Below are positions 1-15,225 of a stretch of 64,000 nucleotides of DNA, piece after piece. Source of the DNA: the human T2T-CHM13v2.0 reference genome, Homo sapiens; assembly GCF_009914755.1 (NCBI RefSeq), contig NC_060931.1. One strand, 5' to 3'. The notes beneath the pieces were generated by a model. The model searched no databases. It had not been told where the DNA came from and saw nothing but the letters and a program-made list of their open reading frames with translations. The position numbers and the translations under genes are program-made. The number at the start of each line of letters is the position of its first letter. Within the stretch, counting starts at the first letter, position 1.

Positions 1-377
1 AAATGACCTAAGCAACAGAAAAATCATTGTCAAATAAAGCTTCTACAAAAAGCCCTCCCAACTGCACAGAAGTGGAAATTTCCATTTTACAGGTGATGAT
101 CCTAAGGCTCTTCGACAGATTAAGTGCTTTAGCCATGGTCAAAAGCACGATCAAAGGCTGAAACAAGACTTGCATATTTAAACTCCAGCTTAACTGGGAA
201 CCTGGTGCTCCACTCCCTGCTTGATGCTACCTCTTAATATAGCTATTGAGTACAGCCCACATTTAAACACCTACTCACAGACGTTACACCAGATAACACT
301 CCTCAACGAAGCTGTGTTCCCAGACCCACAGCTTTGTACCCACACAGAAAATCCAAGAACTTCAGACTACAAGGGAA

Positions 378-674
378 TTTTTTTTTTTTTTTTTGAGACA
401 GAGTCTCGCTCTGTCGCCCAGGCTGGAGTGCAGTGGCGCCATCTCGGCTCACCGCAAGCTCCACCTCCCAGGTTCATGCCATTTCCTGCCTCATCCTCCT
501 GAGTAGCTGGGAATACAGGCGCCCGCCACCACGCCCAGCTAATTTTTTGTATTTTTAGTAGAGACGGGGTTTCACCGTGTTAGCCAGGATGGTCTTGATC
601 TCCTGACCTTGTGATCTGCCCGTCTCAGCCTCCCAAAGTGCTGGGATTACAGGCGTGAGCCACCGCGCCCAGCC
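378..674 (-). mobile_element. AluY, full length
   Basis: Poly-T at 378-394, Alu body, Y-type diagnostics (GCAAGCTCC, GTTAGCCAGGATGGTC). 13-bp TSD agactacaaggga at 364-376 and 675-687. Confidence 0.93.
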
Positions 675-899
675 AGACTACAAGGGATCTTAAATGATCA
701 TATGGCCCAGCCTACTCATTTAGCAAATATTTGATCATGGTTCTCTGCACAGCCCAGCACAACTCCCCATCCCCAAGAAGGTGAGATCCAAACTCATTGT
801 ATGGCAAGCACTCTACATCATCTGACCTAGTCCACTGCCAGCCCCACAGCCTGCCAGTTCATCCTGCACATGCATGCTAGTGTCAACAAACAACTTGTC

Positions 900-1225
900 T
901 TTTCTAGAATACACCATGTTTTTTCAAACCTCCATTACTATTCCTTGTCCCCCTACAGAATCAGTCTTCAACAACTAGTTCAAATGTCACTACCGCTGTA
1001 GGGCATTCTCTGACCCTCTCAGAGAGCATCGTTGCCCCTTCCTTCATCATCCCATGACACTTCTTGCATGCCTTCGACATAGTGCATTTCTCATCATGTG
1101 TAAGTCTATGTTATTCATATGTCCACCTTCTTCCACCAGAAGGTGAGTTCTGTGAGGACAGGGACTGCATTTTATTCATTTCACTCATCCTTGCATCTAG
1201 GCTAGCACTCAGTGTGCTCCTTAAA
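900..1225 (+). mobile_element. L2 LINE 3' fragment (degenerate)
   Basis: L2-like phrases (ttcaaatgtcac, gtgaggacagggact...gcatctagg). Boundaries approximate. Confidence 0.45.
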
Positions 1226-2599
1226 AAGTTAGAAAAAATGAGATACAGAGAAAAAAGATGAAGGATGCTAAAGTCAGAGAAATTAAGAGATTTGCTCAAG
1301 ATCACCCAAATGAATCTCACAGCAGGAGGCCCCAATCAGCACACTTTGTCAGACAGACCAGGAGACAAAAAGCCACTTAACTACCTACTGACATTCCACA
1401 TCCACCCACTGCCCTCCATTTTCTCTTCATCAGAACATAGTTTCTGATTCATCCCACAGAAAACTCTGCCACAGCTCTGGCAGAGACCCTTGCAGATGAA
1501 AATGGCTGTGAGAGCCCTGCACCTTGCAGAAGCAGAGAAGCGCAGCTGGTGGGAGCACTCAGGTGAACAGTTTAATGCATAAGAGGCTCTTCCATGTAAA
1601 ACAGGCGGGCAAATGCTGGGGGGAGATGGATGGGCTCTCTTGTTTCAACAGTTGCTACAGTAACCCCTCTTCCACCACCAAACCCCAACCTCATAACCTT
1701 CTAGAACACCAATCCCAAGGACAGTGTCTCTGGGGGCTGTGGGTCTTCTTAGCTGTCTCTCCAATGTCTGGGAAAACCCCGTGTCTGATCATGGCCTCTC
1801 CTGCTTGCAAGTAAAGCCAGCCAGAAAAGGCAGCCAAGAAATTAGCCAGCTGGCAGCAACTCTGGAGGTGGGGCTGTGTGAGACCAGACCAGCCTCTCAG
1901 CAAGACGCAAGGGCCTCCCCCAGCCGGCATCAGGCCTTGCTAAAGGGTGAGGAGTCTCTAGTTTCGGCCCCTCACCAACCTCCTCTGAAAATGTCAGAGC
2001 AACCCTCCCCTCCTCCCCTGGGGCCCAGCCCTAGAGGGGGAGAGCAGCTCCTCCCCAGCTGCTGCCAATTTGCACCTCATTAGCAACAGCCTCTCCCCAG
2101 TGACAGTCCCTCAGAAATCCCAGACTGAGCACCTCGTTGGTGCTAAATGAAATCTGGGTGTTTGAGGAGAATGACATCTGAGCTGCTAGGAGAATGACAA
2201 GTCTCAGGGCTTCCCAGAAAACTGGGAGAACACAGGCTACAGAGAAGAGCATTGTTCCTGGAAGAAACCCACAGCTTCACGTCCGTAGTTACTGACAATC
2301 AAAGGGATATTTTGAAAGGAGTTGATGGCTGCAAGGTAAATGATGAGCTGAATGAATGCGACTTAATTGCTGCAGAATGCCACTGGAAGTCACAGGGGGT
2401 GCCTCCTCTACTTGGAATGCTTGAAAAAAAGATGTAAAATTACCAATTCACCCCTGGTCACAGACAGAGAATTGGGAAAGATGAAATACCTAAAAAAACT
2501 CTTAAAAGTCCTTTAGAAGTAAGAGGAACTAAGAACAACATTGTTTAAAAATTCTGAAGAAATACACGAATATGTTAACTTTTCTATTGTTGTAAAGCA

Positions 2600-5615
<3,016 letters not shown>

Positions 5616-5644
5616 TTATTGGGTTTTATTTAAAGCCCTGTCAT

Positions 5645-6201
5645 TCTTTTTCACTTTTAAGTTCAGGGGTGCATGTGCAGGTTTGTTACACAAGCGGTTG
5701 GTTGTACAGATTATTTTCTCACCCAGGTATTAAGCCTAGTGCCCACTATTTTTCCTGATCCTCTCCCTCCTCCCCGCCTCCACCCTCCAAAAGGCCCCAG
5801 TGTGTGTTACTTCCCTCTGTATGTCCATGTGTTTTCATCATTTAGCTCCCAGTTATAAGTGAGAGCATGCAGTATTTGGTTTTCTGTTCCTGTGTTAGTT
5901 TGCTAAGGATAATGGCCTCCAGCTTCATCCATATGCCTGCAAAGAACACGATCTCATCCCTTTTTATGGCTGCATAGTACTCCATGGTGTATATGCACCA
6001 CATGTTCTTTATCCAGTCTATCATTTATGGGGATTTAGGTTGATTCCATGTCTTTGCTATTGTGAACAGTGCTTCAGTGAACATATGTATGCATGTGTCT
6101 TCATAATAGAATGATTTATATTTCTCTGAGTATATGCCCAGTAATGGGATTGCTGGATTGCATGGTATTTCTTTGAGGAATTGCCACACTGTCTTCCACA
6201 A
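5645..6201 (-). mobile_element. 5'-truncated L1PA (older primate L1) 3' end
   Basis: Typical L1PA 3'UTR and ORF2 C-terminus. ORF 5842-6024 (DWIKNMWCIYTMEYYAAIKRDE) is the L1 ORF2 C-terminal motif. Flanked by taaagc(c/t)ctgt. Confidence 0.88.
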
Positions 6202-6671
6202 TAAAGCTCTGTAGTTCTAACTATGAGCTATGCCTTAAGTCTTGCTTATATATTACTTTGGTTAAATAAATATTATATTTAACAACGAAACCCAAAAGCT
6301 GGCCAACCCTCACATAACTGCATTTGCACGTCTCCAAAACAATCTGTACCATTTATAAACCTAGGCTCCAGAGCTGGTGTTAAGAAATTTCATTACCCTA
6401 AGAAGTTTGTAATGTCTTCACGTTATCCCATGGCAGACGGCATACATGTGATGAAGCATGGTGGTGGTGACAGCAATATCTTGCATGGCTGTAGGGCTAT
6501 AAAATTTACAATGTGCACACATTATTCCATTCAGCACCAACAGCCATGATGGGAAATAGGTATCATTAGCCTCATTTTTCAGATGAGGACATTGGGGCTC
6601 AGAGAATGAGACCTATCTGAGGATTAGCAAGTGACATGAAAAACGCCCATTTACACAGGCATGCACCCCCC

Positions 6672-6797
6672 AACACACAGACACACACACACTCTCACAC
6701 ACACACATTCACACGCACTCACACACATACACACACTCACACACACACATACACACACACATACACATACACTCACACACATACACACACACACACT
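6672..6797. repeat. Imperfect (CA)n microsatellite, about 125 bp
   Basis: Seen directly in the sequence. Confidence 0.95.
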
Positions 6798-8309
6798 CAG
6801 TGGTAGGCAGTAGTATTTTCTAACATGGATGGACGGTGACACAGTAACAGACTTGTTTTCTGAATTTGTTTATGTCTTTGTCAATCTAGGGCAGTGAAAA
6901 GTAAACCTTTTTGAATGAAGGCTATCAAGAAAGAAAATTGTGGGACACACTTTTTTTCATTTAAAATAAAACTGCCTCTATTAAGTAACAAGAAAAAAAT
7001 ATGAAGTTTTACATCTTTGAATTTAGTATTGTTGACTAGAATTATGAACTTGCTTAGTAGTCTCCACATTATTAACAATTGGATTTAGTTGAAAAATCAA
7101 GTTTTTAACTTCTTAATCATGAAATCAGTTTGTAGGTTGCATCTCCAAGTCAGGCAGGTCATGTGGGCCTGTGGGTCCAAGACTGTTCATCACTCTGGGT
7201 GGCCTTAAACCAAGACTCTATTTTTTCCTGCCTGTTAATAATACTTTGATCTCAAAGTTGCTCTCTTTTCTATGTTTCTCTATTTTCCATTATATGAGAA
7301 GAAAGGTGATTTCTCCAAAATGCAGAGCGTGAGCCAGCTCTCAGGCATTGCAATGCATGTACATAATGCAGAGAATAAGCCGGCCATCGTCCTAATCCTT
7401 CTGGAACAGGCCTGAAAGCCAGCAGTCAGAATTGGTCACACTGACTTTCCTCCACAATGTTGCACTCCATTTACTGAAGATTATGTCTGAAAAGAGTGTG
7501 TGGTTTGCAGCTAAAGGCAAATCTTTCTTAGCTGCAAAATTATCTGTATTTCTATTAACTGGTCCAGCCAATCTCTATTCATGTAACAGTGTTAGACAGT
7601 AACACAGCCCTCTGACAGTGAACAATGTTTAAGCTGCTTGACTACTGTTTTCTAATAAATTCAGAACACACATTTCTCCTATTAATTTGTTCAATGATTT
7701 CTAGGTATTGGAATCTGGGGGAAAAAATCTATCCACTTCATTTTTGTTTTTTAAAGTCCAGTGATGTGATCTGGCAGGGGGAAGGGGGCGGCGGGGGCAG
7801 GCGAGTTTATCCAAACAGTTTAGAGGGAAAGTGCCTAGCTCAGAGGCAAGCCACGTTCCAGAATTTTCTGTGTATTTACCTGTATAGAACTTAGGACAAT
7901 GTTATTTTGCTAAAGTAATAATGAATGGCATCAAATCTAAACACCATCCGTTATATTCCTTTATGTAAAAATGAGTTTCACGTTCAAACTCTGTGGACAT
8001 CTCAAATTCTCCTTACTCAATCTTTCCCAAAGCTTGAGACTAGAAACTCACCCTACTTCCTATTATTCCTAAGGCATGAGAAAAGCCTGGTTCTCAGCCA
8101 CCATGGCCCCTGCAGACAGAACAGGGGTCCCCCTTCCTTCTTCATGTGCTAGAGGAGAAAGAAAAGTTATTGTCCATACTGGAGTGTCTGGAGGCATGGC
8201 AGGGTGGAGGTGTCACTTGCACAGGAATGACTTGCAGCTATAACAGTGACTCTGGATGCAGGGTAACCAGCAATGGCTTCAGAGAGAACAAGGACCTCCC
8301 CACAGCTGA

Positions 8310-9270
8310 GTATGGAGCATCACTTATAGGCTCAAAAACCTCCAATGGCTCCCTATTAACTATAAAATCCAAATTCTTCTGATGGCATTCAAAGTCCTCC
8401 ATAATGAGCATTTAACTAACCTTCCCTGCCTTATCTTCCACTCTATCCTTATGCTCAACCCAAACTACTTCATCACCATTCACACTGCTGCACAAATACG
8501 TCATACATTTCTACCACTGTATCCTTTCTCATGCAATTCCTGCTGCCTGGAACGCTTTCCATACTCTCCCTCCTTGTGTCCCCATCTCCTCCTATTGAAA
8601 TCCTACCAACTCTTTAAAGTCAGTGCTCCAAGAAAACTTCTCCCAAACAGAACTAACCTCTCCCACTTTTGTGTTCCTATCACCCAGATCCAGATACAAT
8701 CATGTGCATCATGCTATGCCCGCTGCTTTACCTTTGTTCAAGCTGCTGATGTCTAAGAAGCACGGAATAGATACAACTTCTAGTAAAGCTCACTTATGTG
8801 TGGAATTCTAGGTTAGTGGAACCTGTTAAAGCCTTTCATTCCTTCAAATATTCAAATGATCTACTTTGAGAGCTTTTCAGGAGAGATTAGAAGCAAATGG
8901 ACTGTGTTCTAAAATTCTGTTTCTAGTTTGCCATTTAGAACCCTGAGTATGTTTTCTCCATTCAATCAATGACATGAACAAGTCCTTTAATTCCTCTCTC
9001 CACCTGGTTATCTTCTCTTCCTCCTTCAAGGCACATTTAACCATCACTTGCTGCAGATCCTCCACTCTCCACTCAGACATAAGTGCCCTCTCTCAGGGCT
9101 CCCCTATCCTGCCCGCTGACCGCCCGCTCTCTTTGTATTTATCAGCCTGTAGACAGGTCAATGTCTTGCTTCTCTCTATCACCAAGCCATAAATTCTTGA
9201 TAACAGAGACTCTTATTTCTCTTTTATTTCTAGCACTTCACATAGTATTTGGCACATAGTGGCTATTTTT
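8310..9270 (+). mobile_element. L2 fragments
   Basis: L2-like phrases (aaaaccctccaatggctccc, aaatccaaattc...ggcattcaaagtcctccataat, tggcacatagt). Boundaries approximate. Confidence 0.45.
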
Positions 9271-10543
9271 TTTATTTCTTTCTCCAATAAGTTATAAGCA
9301 ACTTGAAACAACTTTAAGGTAAAAATCATTTATTATTCAATTTTGGATTCTTCACCAAGTGCTTGAAATAGTGTTTTGCACATATAACAAATTAGTATTC
9401 CATATCTATTCTTACAACTTAGGTAAGTTTTTATCGAGAGGATTCCTCATGCTATAAAACAGGTGAGAAAACCCCAATGTTCTCCCAGTGATGCTTTTTT
9501 TTAAGTACTTTTTCCCAGCTTTCAATACCAAGACTTGAAAGAAAGCACTCAGTGCGTGGAAGAGCCTCAGAGACCATTGAGATGCATGTATTTCATTTCT
9601 CATCTTCTAAAGCTTCTCTCCTTTTCCTTTTTCATTTCTCATCATCCTCATGAATTATCTCACTCCCTTCAGCAGAGAATGCACATTACTTGAGTTATTT
9701 TTAGAACACCCTTGTGTGCAATATTGGCACTTCAAAGCACCAGATAGAATCCACACAAACACACACAGATCCTCCTGGGGCTTTTGCTCTGTCCTTGAAG
9801 CTCTTTTCACAGCTTCCTAAGGTCTCTCCCCTAGGAATCAGGGGAGCCACAGTAAAAGTATAAGTCCATGCATTTACTTCTATGCCTCCCAAGTGAATTT
9901 ACAATAAATATTTATTTAACATGATGGGAACTGATGTTAAGAATAATATAAGAATAAGAGCATAAGAAACAATTTCTGTGACACAGACATAACCTGAAGC
10001 TACACATCCACATTCTAAGTTCATATCCTTCATCTTGAATGATCCTCTTACCCAAATTTTAGGAATTAATTGCTGGAGAAGCAATAATGCTCTTCCCATA
10101 ACCTTTATTCTACCTCCAAGTGCAGCCACCACAAGCTGAACTATTTTAGATGGCAAAACAGCTAGGCCACCCAAAAGCTATAGAACACATTCTCTTACAT
10201 CTAATGCTCAATATGTCTGGCAAAGCAGAGGAAGATGCAGTTTGCAAAGGAAAGAGAAGACAAACTCTCTGTCTTTAACCTTATCCTCAGTCACCACTGT
10301 GGTGAGGAGAGGAACATAGGACAGTAAGGATGATGCGGAACACCAAAGAGGACTCTCCCCACATTTCCTGTCTACAGTTCTCTCTCCTTCCTAGTTACAC
10401 CCTGAAAGTACAACTTCTTAACTTGGGAAACTAGACTTCGTAATTCAAGAACTTCATCATTCAAGGTTATCATTCAAGGATGGCTATCTAGAGGCTTCTG
10501 TAATTTTGATAAATTAGTATCTTGACCCTAATCCCACAACGCT

Positions 10544-10742
10544 GTGCTGTTTAATAGAACTTTCCACAATGATGAAAACGTTCTGTAACTGTGCTGTCCA
10601 GCAGGACAGCTACTAGCTACATAAGGCCCTTATTTACTCAATGTGTGATTAGTGTAAAGAAGGAACCGGATTTCAAATTTAGTTTACTTAATTAGTTTTG
10701 GTAGGTCCACAGGATTAGTGCCCACTGTATTGAACGGCATAG
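10544..10742 (+). mobile_element. MER3 (hAT-Charlie non-autonomous DNA transposon)
   Basis: gtgctgtttaatagaactttccacaatgatgaaaacgttctg...gctactagctac...tgtattgaacggcatag resembles the recalled MER3 consensus with its terminal inverted repeats. Confidence 0.7.
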
Positions 10743-11889
10743 CCTTTGTACTTAAAATAGGAAAATGCTGTCCTCTGGATAAGATAAGTAATTTTCTTGG
10801 CCACCAAATATAGTTTTAGCCAAAGTCCACATGGATTTCTTCATTGGCTCTGTGTCAACTCACTGAAAGAAAGTTCGCCAAAACCTCTCAAATAGCTTAA
10901 GCCAGTTTTTGGAAGAGTTGGTCACAGGCATTTCTCCACTAGCAGCAGGGTCAAAAGGAGGACGATGCAGGCATAAGTCTGAAAAATAGAGATAATAGTA
11001 AATAGAACTTAAGAGAGAGCTTGCCCCTTCTTATCTAGGAAAAATGAGAGAGAGAGGGAAGGAGGGACAGATGGATGGACAGAGGAAGGGATGGATGTGG
11101 AACATTCTAAAAGGGCATGGCATCTGAAATAAGTAGGAAACAAGCCAAGTAAACATTTAGCCAAGCTAAAATGGCCAGTCTTAAGTGAAATGGCTGCAAC
11201 CTAAGCAAAACTTTGGAAATATTATCAGCAATTTGTTAAACTGGCAGTCTGGATATTCAACTTTTGGAATGAGTTTCACAGCAATTGGTCCACACCCATA
11301 CTAATCCCTATCCACAACCAACAGCCACAGCAAGCTAATGAAGTCCCCAAAGCTATGCCTATGGTATGTAGGTGTATCCTGCACCAGAGAATCCAAAGGA
11401 GGAGCAGATGGGGACAGAAACCCAGCCTCAGTGCCCCCCACCACAGGAGAGGTCCTAGCTGGAGCTGACTGTGCTCTGGAGTGCAAGAGAATTTTTGTAA
11501 ATTCATGCATCCCAGACTTGAAACCTGTTTCTAATTTGAACAAAGGCACCATATGTGCTAATGGTGACCTTGGTTGGACCACATTTTTAGTTTAGTGCTG
11601 CATTTTTATGAAGAAAGCCATGGATAACCCAGTATGCTGTCAAATTAGAAAGAGCCAGAAAAGTGAAGTTGATTGAAAACCACTTTTGGATAAGGGATAG
11701 AATGAAAGTGGAGATGGTGCAGTCTAAAGAAACAAGAGCTGAAGAGGCATGTGATATTTGACTTCAAATATTCGAAGACCTGTTATACAGAAAAGGAAAG
11801 GGTATTATCCTGAATGTCCTCCAGAACTACAGTGTAATATTAAGTACGTAAAAAAATTAAGGAGTCAGTTTCAGACTCAACATGAAGAC

Positions 11890-12130
11890 AGCAGAATGTA
11901 ATGGGAAAAGATAGGGGCTTTGGGTGACTTAGAACTGAGTCTGAATCCAATTAATTGACTCCATCAATTATAGCCCTTTGACTTAAATTATTTCCCCTGT
12001 GTGAGACAGTTTTCTCATCTGTACAATAGTGATAACTACTCAGAGTTGTTGTGAGAATTAAACAAGAAAATCACAAAAAGGAGGCAAGAAAGTTCCTAAC
12101 ACATATTAAGTATTCACTAAATGATAATAT
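11890..12130 (+). mobile_element. MIR SINE
   Basis: MIR core cagttttctcatctgtacaatagtgataa...gttgtgagaattaa. Confidence 0.6.
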
Positions 12131-12372
12131 ATTCATTTTTCCTATAACAAAAACTCTCTAACAATTAGAATTGACCAACGGCGTAACTATGCCCCTAATG
12201 TATCCAAGAGCTCTCTGGCACTGAGGACATTCACAAGCAGAGGCTGCTGGGCCATTCGCCAATGATATTTTATCAGTTAGACTTTTTTTAAACCACCTAG
12301 TTAACTTAAACAAAAAGGAATTTTATCGGGAAGATGTTGGATAGTTCACAATGAATAGAAAGACTGATGATC

Positions 12373-14650
12373 TGTATTAGTCCGTTTTCATGCTGCTGAT
12401 AAAACATACCCAGGACTGGGAAGAAAAACAGGTTTACTGGACTTACAGTTCCACGTGGTTGGGGAGGCCTCACAATCGTGGCAGACGGCAAGGAGGAACT
12501 AGTCACAACTTACATGGATGGTAGCACGCAAAGAGAGAGCTTGTGTGGAAAACTCCCCCTTATAAAACCATCATATCTCATGAGACTTATTTACTATTAT
12601 GAGAACAGCATAAGAAAGACCCATCCCATAATTCAATTACCTCCCATCGGGCTCATTCCACAACATGTGGGAGTTATGGGAGTACAATTCAAGATGAGAC
12701 CTGGGTGGGGACACAGAGCCAAACCATATCATTCCACCACTGGCCCCTGCCAAATCTCATGTCCTCACATTTCAAAACCAACTGTGCCTTCCCAAGAGTC
12801 CCTCCAAAGTCTGAACTCATTTCAGCATTAACTCAAAAGTCCACAGTCCAAAGTCTCACCTGAGACAAAGCAAGTCCCTTCTGCCTATGAGCCTGTAAAA
12901 TCCAAAGTAAGCTAGTTACTTCCTAGGTACAATGGGGATACAAACATTGGGTAAATACAGCCATTCCAAATGGGAGAGACTGGCCAAAACAGAGGGGCAA
13001 CAGGCCCCATGCAAGTCTGAAATTCAACCGGGCAGTCAAATCTTAAAGCTTAAAATGATCAACTTTGACTCCATGTCTCAAATTCAGGTCGTGCTGATAC
13101 AAGAGATGGGTTCCCATGGTCTTGGGCAGCTCCACCCTTGTGGCTTCGCAGGGTATAGCCCCTCTCCTGGCTGCTTCCACAGGCTGGCATTGAGTGTCTG
13201 TGGATTTTCCAGGTGCACAGTGCAAGCTGTCGGTGGAACTACCATTCTGGGGTCTGAAGGACAGTGGCCCTCTTCTCACAGCTTCAATAGGTGGTGCCCC
13301 AGGAGGGACTCTGAGTGGGGGCTCTAACCTCACATTTCCCTTCTGCACTGCCCTAGCAGAGGTTCTCCATGAGGGCCCTGCCCCTGTAGTGAACTTCTGC
13401 CTGGGCATCCAGGCATTTCCCATACATCCTCTGAAATCAAGGTGGAGGTTCCCAAACTTTGATGCTTGACTTCCATGTACCTGCAGGCTCAACACCATGT
13501 GGAAGTTTCCAAGGATTAAGGCTTGAACCCTCTGAAGCAATAGCTCAAGCTATACCTTGGCCCCTTTTAGCTCTGGCTGGAGTGGCTGGGGCACAAGACA
13601 CCAAGTCCATAGTCTGCACAGAGCAAGAGGTCCCTGGGCTCAGCCCATGAAACCATTTTTTCCTCCTAGGCCGCTGGGCCTGTGATAGGAGGGACAGCCA
13701 TAAAGACCTCTGACATGCCCTGGAGACATTTTCCCCATTGTCTTGGTGATTAACATTCAGCTGTTCATTACTTATGCAAATTTCTGCAGCCAGCTTGAAT
13801 AATGGGATTTTCTTTTCCATTGCATCGTCAGGCTGCAAATTTTCTGAACTTTTATGCTCAGCTTCCCTTATAAAACTGAATGCCTTTAACAGCATCCAAG
13901 TTACTTCTTGATTGCTTTGCTGCTTACAAATTTCTTTTATGAGATACCACAAATCATCTCTCTCAAGTTCTAAGTTCCACAAATCTCTAGGGCAGGGGCA
14001 AAATGCCACCAGTCTTTGCTAAAACATAGCAAGAGTCACCTTTGCTCCAGTTTCCAACAAGTTCCTTGTCTCCACCTCAGCCTGGATCTTATTGTTCATG
14101 CCACTATGAGCATTTTTGTCAAAGCCATTCAACAAGTCTCTAGGAAGTTCCAAACTTTCCCACATTTTCCTGTCTTCTCTGAGCCCTCCAAACTGTTTCA
14201 ACCTCTGCCTGTTACCCAGTTCCAAAGTCGCTTCCACATTTTCAGGTATCTTTTCAGCAGCACCCTACTCCTGGTACCAATTTACTGTATTAGCCTGTTT
14301 TCATGCTGCTGGTAAAGACATACCCGAGACTGGGCAATTTACAGAAGAGGTTTATTAGACTTACAGTTCCCCATGGCTGGGGAGACCTCACAATCATGGC
14401 AAAGTCAAGGAGGAACAAATCATGTCTTACATGAATGGCAGCAGGCAAAGAGACAGCTTGTGCAGGGAAACTCACCCTGATAAAACCATCAGATCTCATG
14501 AGACTTATTCACTATCATGAGATCATCAAGGGAAAGACGCATCCTCATACTTCAATTACCTCCCACTGGGTCCCTCCCACAACACATGGGAATTATGAGA
14601 GTACAATTCAAGATGAGATTTGGGTGGGGACACAAAGCCAAACCATATCA
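12373..14650 (-). mobile_element. Full-length THE1 (MaLR) element: LTR 12373-12731, internal 12732-14285, LTR 14286-14650
   Basis: Two homologous LTRs of about 360 bp, each bounded by tgtattag...aaaccatatca (reverse complement of TGATATGGTTT...CTAATACA), flanking about 1.55 kb of THE1-int sequence. Confidence 0.93.
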
Positions 14651-14980
14651 CAACCTATGCTTTGAATAAAGACAGGAACCAGAGCAGCAGGAATTGTCCT
14701 ACCAGGGCACTGCCAGTGGATATGAACAAATTGGCAATCCCTTTGACAATCCTTTGAGTCCAAGTCCAAGAGAGTCTGGTCGTCCAAGCTCAAGTCATAC
14801 ACTTGCCCCAAGATGCTATCAGGGTGGTGAGAGGAAGCCCCCTACAACAGCTTCCAAAGGCCTCATTGGTTACCATGGTGGAGAGCCAGGCACCTTGATG
14901 TACAGCCCCTCAAGGCTACACACAAGAGGACAGAGGTCATTCCTAAAAGGAAAAACAGGGTTTTGGATGCATATAGGAAT
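14651..14980. mobile_element. Older MLT1-like LTR remnant, probably split by the THE1 insertion (other half about 12265-12372)
   Basis: MLT1-like phrases on both sides of the THE1. Weak, by eye. Confidence 0.3.
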
Positions 14981-14984
14981 ATAG

Positions 14985-15225
14985 CACAGAATAATGCTTA
15001 AGTGCACTAGACAGGGGGTTCTGGAATTCAAACCCTGGCTCCACCGTTGGCTGGTGGTGACACCCTGACATATTACTTCATTATCCTGTGCCTCAGTTTC
15101 CTTTTCTGTAAAGCTATGGATAGTAAAAGCATCTACCTTATAAAGTTGTGATAAGAATTAACTGAAACCACATATGTAAAGCACTTCACAGTTCTTGGCA
15201 AGTAGGACCTCATATTAATGTTGAA
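14985..15225 (+). mobile_element. MIR SINE
   Basis: ttcaaaccctggctccac...ctgtgcctcagtttcc...gttgtgataagaattaa...tgtaaagcactt. Confidence 0.7.

Noticed and set aside
221-502. Alu-containing ORFs (also 3389, 5236, 19032, 40976, 41166, 45350, 49961)
   Set aside because: Typical Alu-derived translations ([17 protein letters not shown]...), not genes.
6530-6546. REST/NRSE-like TTCAGCACC; similar half-sites near the DGKI promoter (28205, 28337)
   Set aside because: Half-sites only; the partner half is missing or mis-spaced.
8102-8113. catggcccctgc, identical to a U6 12-mer
   Set aside because: No similarity in the flanks; chance match.
12452-12469. Possible PRDM9 recombination-hotspot motif in the THE1 LTR
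   Set aside because: It reads CCTCCCCAACCAC, with C rather than the T required by CCNCCNTNNCCNC. The other LTR is further diverged.
12628-14560. DUX4 sites in the THE1 LTRs
   Set aside because: The TGATTCAATTA-type site is mutated in both LTRs (taattcaatta; tacttcaatta).
12478-14665. Cluster of 100-165 aa ORFs
   Set aside because: All lie within the THE1 element; decayed MaLR sequence, not host genes.
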